DNA of 64,000 nt, from the IMG/VR virus record IMGVR_UViG_3300028490_000003; one strand, given 5' to 3'. The notes beneath the pieces are model-generated. The model saw only the letters and a list, made by a program, of their open reading frames with translations, did no database searches and had not been told where the DNA came from. Shown here in pieces: positions 57,232 to 64,000 of the stretch. Each line of letters opens with the position of its first letter. Positions within the stretch are counted from its first letter, which is position 1. Origin of the DNA: an uncultured virus (IMG/VR IMGVR_UViG_3300028490_000003) (lineage: Duplodnaviria > Heunggongvirae > Uroviricota > Caudoviricetes). A program made the position numbers and the translations under genes.

Positions 57232-57792
57232 ATGGCAGAAATAGTAAAAGTATATAAAAATAATATAAAAACTGGAGGTCTTAATATAACAGAGGCAACT
57301 CCAGGAGATGACAGAGAATATGTAATTGATGAAGCTACATTAATAGATGTATTTAGTTCACCATATACAGTAGCTGAAAATAATTTTAGAGCTGTTCTTT
57401 ATGATGGATTAGTAGTACAATCTGGTACAACCAAACGAAAGTATATCTGGGTAGAATCTCTAGTAGGCTTATTAGCAACTAGTTATACATATCCTCCTTA
57501 CGATCCTAATTATGGTAGTAAAAGTTACAACTTTGTTAGGTTTGACAATATAGTAAAATTAGAAAAGACATATATTAATACTGGTATTAACGGTATTGAA
57601 ATAGCGGATTCATTACTTCCACTTCATATTTTACAAGATAAATTAAATATTCACGTATCATTTAGATCTAGCCAATCTAGCTTTCAAGAATTAGAATTTC
57701 CAGATAGGGTCGAAGTAATCCCTGGTGGAATCTTAATAGTGTTTGACCCACTGCCTCTAGTTTCTGAACAGTTTAAAATAACAATTTTATAA
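57232..57792 (+). CDS. tail-associated protein
   Basis: 186 aa; P.DDR fiber-type module. Confidence 0.6.
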   Translation: MAEIVKVYKNNIKTGGLNITEATPGDDREYVIDEATLIDVFSSPYTVAENNFRAVLYDGLVVQSGTTKRKYIWVESLVGLLATSYTYPPYDPNYGSKSYNFVRFDNIVKLEKTYINTGINGIEIADSLLPLHILQDKLNIHVSFRSSQSSFQELEFPDRVEVIPGGILIVFDPLPLVSEQFKITIL

Positions 57793-57794
57793 TT

Positions 57795-58793
57795 ATGAAA
57801 ATAAGAGGATCATTAAAGATAGATAAGGATATAACAGCTAAGAATACTGGCGGTAGTACTGCTATAGATGGGAAGTTTGCAATAGCTAACGATCTTGGAG
57901 TTTTACGATGGAGTGATTTAGTTGTTCCTACAGTAACTGTAGCGACTAATTATCCTAAAGATTCATTAGTATTAGATGCTAATGGAGACGCATATATATC
58001 AGTAGTTAGTAATGCCAGTGGTAGTGCTATCGGAGACCCAAATGTTTGGAAACCTTTTGGAGCTTCTGGTGGAGCCCCTGTTTCATATATACAAATTGGA
58101 CCTTACCCTCCAGGCACAAAACTTGAGGAAATAATGGTAGCTTGTTGTTACCCTAATAATATTACAGGGTTTAATTTAAATGGATATGGATCTACTATAC
58201 CAGAAAATACAACAATAACAAATCCTACTTTTTCATGGCTAGTTGCTGGAAGTCCTACAAATGTTAAAATATCTGACAATGTAGGTAAAATGGTAAATAT
58301 AGATGTTACAGGATTAAATTCATATACTGCAAATGCGGTATATAGTTATGGTGCTGGAGCAGATGTTAAATGGACTATAACAGCAGATGGTGGAATTATA
58401 GATTCTGATATTATTAACTGGGTTGCACCAATAGTAACTGATAATACATATTATGGATTAAGAGGATCTACTTTAGGTGTTCCTACAGAAGCTGAAATAC
58501 TTGCAGGAACGGCTGTAATTATTCCTTCTACGAATAGTCTTAAAGTATTTGTGAACGAAGCTTTTGCTAATGAGAATTTCTTTGTAGCAGTTCCATTTTC
58601 ACAGACACACATATTCGATAAATATAATACAGATCCTGCAGCGACTCCTTCAGCAATTGGAGCAGCTGGTTCTTTTACAACTCTAGAGAATAAAGGAATA
58701 GTGCAGATAAACGGAGATGACTATCAAGTATACGCTACGGCATATCCTACAGCATCTGGAGATATAGCATTTGGAGTTGAACTATCAATTTAA
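57795..58793 (+). CDS. tail fiber-associated protein
   Basis: 332 aa, Gly/Thr/Pro-rich. Confidence 0.65.
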   Translation: MKIRGSLKIDKDITAKNTGGSTAIDGKFAIANDLGVLRWSDLVVPTVTVATNYPKDSLVLDANGDAYISVVSNASGSAIGDPNVWKPFGASGGAPVSYIQIGPYPPGTKLEEIMVACCYPNNITGFNLNGYGSTIPENTTITNPTFSWLVAGSPTNVKISDNVGKMVNIDVTGLNSYTANAVYSYGAGADVKWTITADGGIIDSDIINWVAPIVTDNTYYGLRGSTLGVPTEAEILAGTAVIIPSTNSLKVFVNEAFANENFFVAVPFSQTHIFDKYNTDPAATPSAIGAAGSFTTLENKGIVQINGDDYQVYATAYPTASGDIAFGVELSI

Positions 58794-58805
58794 AATATAA
58801 ATAAA

Positions 58806-61235
58806 ATGTCAATTACATTATCAGATAATATTAGCCTAACGGCACCGAAACCAACTAGAACTACTGAAGTAGTAGGTATAAATAACTCAACCCATCCTGG
58901 AGGTGCACCTAGTGTATATCCAGTGAAGGAGAGTATTCCAGAATATATGAGACATTTATATATGGAAACTATCGACGGCACTGGTAAAAAATGGGTTCTG
59001 AGAAATCCTTTAGATATATTATCGTGGAGTCCAGTTCCATTCCCTAACGTAGAGCCTACTTTAGACGGCGTGTGGGCCATTAAAAAGGTTGGCGATACAT
59101 ATACATGGGAAGATGCTTCTAGTGGTGGAGGAGGAGGCTCTTGGGGTTCTATTACAGGAACTCTTAGTGCTCAAACTGATCTGCAGGCAGAGCTTGACAA
59201 TAAAGCTAATACAGATGGTAATCCTATGGCTCGATTTGAAGTTGCGGATGCGGTAGGAAATAGTGATGCTGTTAGTTTACAACAATTTAACAATAGGGTA
59301 CAAACAGATGTTCCAGTAGGAGCAGTATTTGATAATACACAAATTGATCCTCAAGAAGGAACAGGTATAGCTATAGATAAAACAGATCCAATGGCTCCTA
59401 TCTTTACAACTGCTCTTACCATTGTAGAAGTTACTTATGCAGAACTTAAAGCGCATCATTTAGCTGGAACACTGATTCCAGGGCAGCGTTATAAGATTGT
59501 AGATTTCAAATCTCAATGGGAGATGGATACAAAAGAGTATAGTGGGGCAGCTGGAAATCCTTATGGTTTTGATACAATAATAGAGCCTTTAATTATTACG
59601 GCTATATCTAAGACAGAACTACATACTACTGCATTTTCTGAAACATACCCAAGGCATATTATAGAATACGCTCCTGATTGGGATTGGGTAGAAAATCTTG
59701 GAAGTACACAACCTACTGGAGAGATTACATTTAGACAAGATTTAGAGCTTAAATTAAGTGCTGGATTTGATTATGTAGGATTTAGAGCTACTAGATTTGC
59801 TGTTACTGCACCAGAATGGGTAGTTGGAGATACTTATGCTAGGCTTAAAACATGCAGTGTACCTGATCCTGCTGGAGATGCTTTATATATAAGTATGAAG
59901 GCTGGTAATACAGGAAACGACCCTACTGACAGTGCTACTGACGGAGTATGGTGGATGTTATTTAGACCTGCTGGAGCAGATACTACTAGTTTATATAGAG
60001 ATTATGTTGCTGCAGATTGGACAAATGCGGGAGGTTACCATACTGATAATATGGCACAAACAGATACATTTGGATTTCAAGTAGATAAAACAAGATTTCA
60101 AAATTTCCCTACTTTTGCTTTTGCAAGTGATTTAACCGCAACAGCTGGGAAAGGTACAATAACGGCTGATGCTATTGGGGAAGTCCCAGCTACAGATGCA
60201 ATGTTCTGTACAGAAGCTATTGGATTCACTTATTTTGATGAAGTAGGTTTAACATTATATACTAAAACATCTGCAGTTGATACTGATCCATGTACTGGAG
60301 TTACTTGGGACGATGTTCCTATGGGGTATGAGGTGTACTACTATTCTCATATAGAGAATAAAGGGAATGTGATGTTAGCAGCAAATAATAATGGGGAATA
60401 TTATGGTAACTATTATATACAACTAGACCATTCAGTGTCTGGTATGACAATAGTATCTAACTATATTTACCAAGTTATATTTCAAAACATGTTCGGAGGA
60501 ACAATGAAAAACTATATCTTTGGAGCTGCTTGGGCGATTATTATAGCAAGTTCTACAAGATGGTTCCAAAATAACTATATGGAAGGATTTTCTTTTATAG
60601 ATGGTTTAGGTACTGTAGATGTAAGTGCTGATATGAATAAAAATATATTTATTAGAAAAGGTGCAGCTAGAGATAATTTAACTTCAAGATTACTTAACGG
60701 TACTAGTTATACTGGAGCTGGTACTTTAATATATAGAGGTGGATGGTTACATGCTAATAAAGAGCTTTCTTTATATAATTGTAATATATTAGGAGAACTT
60801 AAATATAATACAAATGTAATACTAACTAATAGTATAGTTGAGGCTGGAGCATCAATTACAAATAGCTCTATTATAGCTCATGGATATGCATCTAATCAAA
60901 CAAGTGGATATAATACTGGTAATACAATTACTGGTAAAATTTCTAATAGCATTATACAAGACATGGATAAATGTGAACTTGGAGGTGACTTAGTTGGGGT
61001 TGTTGGAGAGCATTGGTTTGAAGTAAAAATACCAGTAGATAAGAATTTTACAGATGTAAAGTTTCATATACCTGTATGGATAGGAAAGAACGTATGGTCT
61101 GGGACACCCTCAGATATTTCTTATGTCACAGTAACGAAAAAGTATATAGATGACATTAATACTCCTACGCTTGAAAAACTTTGGTATCAAGAAATAGATG
61201 TAAATGGAGTAGCAACAGACGTTGAAATAGTATAA
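58806..61235 (+). CDS. Tail fiber/spike protein
   Basis: 809 aa; GGGGSWGSITGTLSAQTDL, TYAELK...L.PGQRYKIVDF, C-terminal beta-helix-like region. Confidence 0.75.
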   Translation: MSITLSDNISLTAPKPTRTTEVVGINNSTHPGGAPSVYPVKESIPEYMRHLYMETIDGTGKKWVLRNPLDILSWSPVPFPNVEPTLDGVWAIKKVGDTYTWEDASSGGGGGSWGSITGTLSAQTDLQAELDNKANTDGNPMARFEVADAVGNSDAVSLQQFNNRVQTDVPVGAVFDNTQIDPQEGTGIAIDKTDPMAPIFTTALTIVEVTYAELKAHHLAGTLIPGQRYKIVDFKSQWEMDTKEYSGAAGNPYGFDTIIEPLIITAISKTELHTTAFSETYPRHIIEYAPDWDWVENLGSTQPTGEITFRQDLELKLSAGFDYVGFRATRFAVTAPEWVVGDTYARLKTCSVPDPAGDALYISMKAGNTGNDPTDSATDGVWWMLFRPAGADTTSLYRDYVAADWTNAGGYHTDNMAQTDTFGFQVDKTRFQNFPTFAFASDLTATAGKGTITADAIGEVPATDAMFCTEAIGFTYFDEVGLTLYTKTSAVDTDPCTGVTWDDVPMGYEVYYYSHIENKGNVMLAANNNGEYYGNYYIQLDHSVSGMTIVSNYIYQVIFQNMFGGTMKNYIFGAAWAIIIASSTRWFQNNYMEGFSFIDGLGTVDVSADMNKNIFIRKGAARDNLTSRLLNGTSYTGAGTLIYRGGWLHANKELSLYNCNILGELKYNTNVILTNSIVEAGASITNSSIIAHGYASNQTSGYNTGNTITGKISNSIIQDMDKCELGGDLVGVVGEHWFEVKIPVDKNFTDVKFHIPVWIGKNVWSGTPSDISYVTVTKKYIDDINTPTLEKLWYQEIDVNGVATDVEIV

Positions 61236-61252
61236 CATAAAATAATAAAACA

Positions 61253-62311
61253 ATGGCAATTACATTATCAGACAATATAAAATTACCAGTTCCCAAACCG
61301 CTTAGAGATACAGACGTAGTTGGAACAAATGCTCCTAATAAACCGCCTAGTACTTATGCGACTAAGGAAGCAATTCCTTTGTATATGAGGTATCTTTATA
61401 TGAAAGTTACTGATGCTGCTGGTACTGAATGGAGATTAGAGGACGAGAATGACTTTACAGTATGGACAGAAATAGTTGTTCCTTCTGGAGGAGGTGAGAC
61501 AACAAAGCCTATCACAGCATCAGTTGCTGCTGGTGGAATATCTATAGGAGACTTAATTCCTCAGGGTACAGATCTTACAGAATTTGTTGAGCAGATTATA
61601 TCTCCTCTTGTGTTACCTACGGTAGCTGCAAATAACAGAGTTACTCTTAATGGTATAACGTCTACAACCATGGAAGTTGGGTCACCTTATACCAGTCAAC
61701 TATCACCTATTTATAATAGGGGAAGTATATCATCTAAGAATGGTACTCCAAATGTACCACTTACTGGTCCAAGTACTGGTTCTATTTATAATGGGGCTGG
61801 AGTAAATGCTTCTGGAGCAATTAGTATGAATATATTAGCAGGAAATAACTTATGGTCAGTTACTGAATCATATAGTGAGGGTACAGATACTTATTACGGA
61901 AGTGATGGGTTACCAGCCTCCAATCTTGATGCACAAAGAGCAGCAGGAAGTGTGACTGATAATTCTAATGTAATTACTGGAAGGTACAGATGGTGGTGGA
62001 GTGTAGGATCTATTCCTACGACATCTGCTGCAGTAAGAGCACTTACCCATAAAGGGTTTATGCCTACTAGTACGTTTACTATTAGTATACCAACTATGAC
62101 AGCAGAAGTAGCATTTTATATTCCTGTAAATTCAGGAACAGTTACAGTAACACTTGTAGAGAGTAATGCTGATGTTACTGACACATTTACACCTATAGAT
62201 ATGGGAGTTGATGATGCAGCTGGAGTAGGGCAACAGTATACAAGATTTGAAACAATAATACCAGGTGGAGGTTATACTGCACCTAAGACATATAAAGTAG
62301 TAATATCATAA
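61253..62311 (+). CDS. tail fiber-associated protein
   Basis: N-terminal about 75 aa homologous to 58806. Confidence 0.7.
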   Translation: MAITLSDNIKLPVPKPLRDTDVVGTNAPNKPPSTYATKEAIPLYMRYLYMKVTDAAGTEWRLEDENDFTVWTEIVVPSGGGETTKPITASVAAGGISIGDLIPQGTDLTEFVEQIISPLVLPTVAANNRVTLNGITSTTMEVGSPYTSQLSPIYNRGSISSKNGTPNVPLTGPSTGSIYNGAGVNASGAISMNILAGNNLWSVTESYSEGTDTYYGSDGLPASNLDAQRAAGSVTDNSNVITGRYRWWWSVGSIPTTSAAVRALTHKGFMPTSTFTISIPTMTAEVAFYIPVNSGTVTVTLVESNADVTDTFTPIDMGVDDAAGVGQQYTRFETIIPGGGYTAPKTYKVVIS

Positions 62312-62331
62312 CAACTAAATAATATAAAAAC

Positions 62332-62760
62332 ATGGCATATTTTGAATTACCCATTAGTGTAAGAATATCAGGACCAGATCCTATAGATGGGGACAGATAT
62401 ATAGCGGCTGATATAGCGGCCAGAGATGCGTTGCTTACACCACCTTCTATACGTGCAAAAGCAGGGCAACAAGTATTTGTTGAATCTAATCAGACACTTT
62501 ATATATTAAAGGGTAGTACAAATGCTGATTGGGAAGAAGTAGGAGCAGGAGGACCAATAACTGGGGATAAATATTTTGAATTTATTCAAGCCCCAGCGTC
62601 TATTCAATGGACAATAAATCACAATTTAGGGAAATATCCATCAGTTAATGTAATGGATGCTTCTAACAATATAGTTGAATGTCAAATTCAACACTCAAAT
62701 AACAATACCACTATACTTACATTTAATGTAGCTATAGACGGTACTGCTATATTTAATTAA
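62332..62760 (+). CDS. tail fiber-associated protein
   Basis: PIDGDRY module; WTINHNLGKYPSVNV.D domain. Confidence 0.7.
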   Translation: MAYFELPISVRISGPDPIDGDRYIAADIAARDALLTPPSIRAKAGQQVFVESNQTLYILKGSTNADWEEVGAGGPITGDKYFEFIQAPASIQWTINHNLGKYPSVNVMDASNNIVECQIQHSNNNTTILTFNVAIDGTAIFN

Positions 62761-62802
62761 TTAATTAATAATAAATTTATTTAACATTTAAAACATTTTA
62801 AA

Positions 62803-64000
62803 ATGGCATCAAAAAAATTTTTAGTAAATCTGGATTTATCAGGTAATTTACTTAACAATGCAAGAATAATGCACGGCGCAGCAGATCCAGCAGTAACTGG
62901 TTCAGACGCTGGTTTTATATTCTTCAACACAACGGACAAAGAACTTAAAGTATGGGACGGAGGTAATTGGATAACATCTACTGTTGACTTCTCATTACTT
63001 AGTGGAGACGTAACATCAACAGCAGCTGGTGTAGTAACTATCGAAGATGACGCGATAATTACACAGAAAATTATTGACGGAGCAGTAACAAATGCTAAGA
63101 TGGCTGATATGGCCTCTAAAACATTTAAAGGTAATGCATCAGCAGGTGCAGCAGCTCCTCAAGATCTTACTGTAGCAGAAATGCAGGCAGAATTAGGAAT
63201 TAATCCAGGTGGTGGAGAATTAAATGAGAAAGCTGAATTAGAAATTGGCTCTCAAACTACTACTACAATGGATATTAATTCCTCTGTAGCTTCTTCAGCT
63301 GGAGCACAAACTGATTCTGTAACTTTACCTCAGGTACTTTCTGGTGGTAATGCAGGACTTATGTCTGGGGCAGACAAACTTGCTTTAGATACTTTAGTAT
63401 CAGCACCTGGAACAGGAGCCTTATCAATAACTAATGATTCTGGCCCTCTTACTAATGCTGCTATTACAGTTACATTATCTGATGGAGTTAATCCTGTAAA
63501 AACGCATACTATTCCTTTAGCAACTAATAATCATGCTGGTTTAATGGATACTGGACAACAGTCTAAATTAAATAATATTGAAGCAGAAGCTACTAAAGTA
63601 GTTAAGTCTGAGGTTGTTTATAGAAACTTTACATCTACTACAGATCCTAGTTTTACTAGTTTATCCGCTATAGCTTGGGTAACTGCAGATGCTGCTTTTG
63701 CAAGTTCTACAGACGAATTAGTTCCTACAGCATTAGCTGTTAAGACTTATGTTGATGGTAAAGTTGCTGGAAACAGTGCTTATCAAGGAAGTTACGACGC
63801 TGCTGGGGATAGTCCTCACCTTGATTCTGGTACAATAGTTACTGGACTTCATAAAGGTGATTACTACGTAGTTACTGTAGCTGGTGAGTTCTTTGGAGGA
63901 ACTGCTGGTGGTGGAATAGATTTAGCTGTTAGTGATACTATTATTGCTAATAAAGTTGATCCTACTGTATTTGCTGATTGGGATATAGTTCATAGAACAA
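62803..64000 (+). CDS. Tail fiber protein (runs off window)
   Basis: Manual translation MASKKFLVNLDLSGNLLNNARI...; AGLMSGADK and AGLMDTGQQ repeats; no stop noticed before the window end. Confidence 0.8.
   Translation, partial: MASKKFLVNLDLSGNLLNNARIMHGAADPAVTGSDAGFIFFNTTDKELKVWDGGNWITSTVDFSLLSGDVTSTAAGVVTIEDDAIITQKIIDGAVTNAKMADMASKTFKGNASAGAAAPQDLTVAEMQAELGINPGGGELNEKAELEIGSQTTTTMDINSSVASSAGAQTDSVTLPQVLSGGNAGLMSGADKLALDTLVSAPGTGALSITNDSGPLTNAAITVTLSDGVNPVKTHTIPLATNNHAGLMDTGQQSKLNNIEAEATKVVKSEVVYRNFTSTTDPSFTSLSAIAWVTADAAFASSTDELVPTALAVKTYVDGKVAGNSAYQGSYDAAGDSPHLDSGTIVTGLHKGDYYVVTVAGEFFGGTAGGGIDLAVSDTIIANKVDPTVFADWDIVHRT

Noticed and set aside
34424..59459. Minus-strand short ORFs inside the plus-strand module
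   Set aside because: Antisense shadows of long genes
32260..64000. Stop-codon reassignment as in some crAss-like phages
   Set aside because: Long genes are intact in code 11 and no suppressor tRNA was seen

Overview
AT-rich segment of a large tailed phage genome, most likely crAss-like (Crassvirales) with a Bacteroidota host; this assignment is inferred from the terminase-portal-scaffold-MCP-tail gene order, A-rich non-SD start contexts and a Bacteroidota-style beta-barrel gene. It reads in the standard genetic code. 1-23.3 kb (minus strand) is an accessory and RNA island: about 16 tRNA or tRNA-like genes in two clusters, a Ro60/TROVE protein, five Y-RNA-like ncRNAs with different internal cargo, a permuted two-piece tmRNA, an ECF sigma factor, an HNH nuclease, a metallophosphoesterase and many small ORFs. 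23.7-31.9 kb (minus) is a cassette of probable virion-cargo proteins (two HExxH zincins and an SLT-like enzyme) that share terminal motifs. 32.3-64 kb (plus) holds DNA-binding and nuclease genes followed by the morphogenesis module. The main finding is that each tRNA cluster is preceded by promoter -> short leader ORF -> antiterminator over the UGA stop -> intrinsic terminator. In the leader at 13474-13551, ten consecutive codons are each decoded by a different tRNA of the downstream cluster. The leader at 1365-1448 uses a largely complementary set of amino acids. This looks like an attenuator that surveys the tRNA pool and switches on phage tRNA arrays when host tRNAs fail. All calls were made by eye without database searches.
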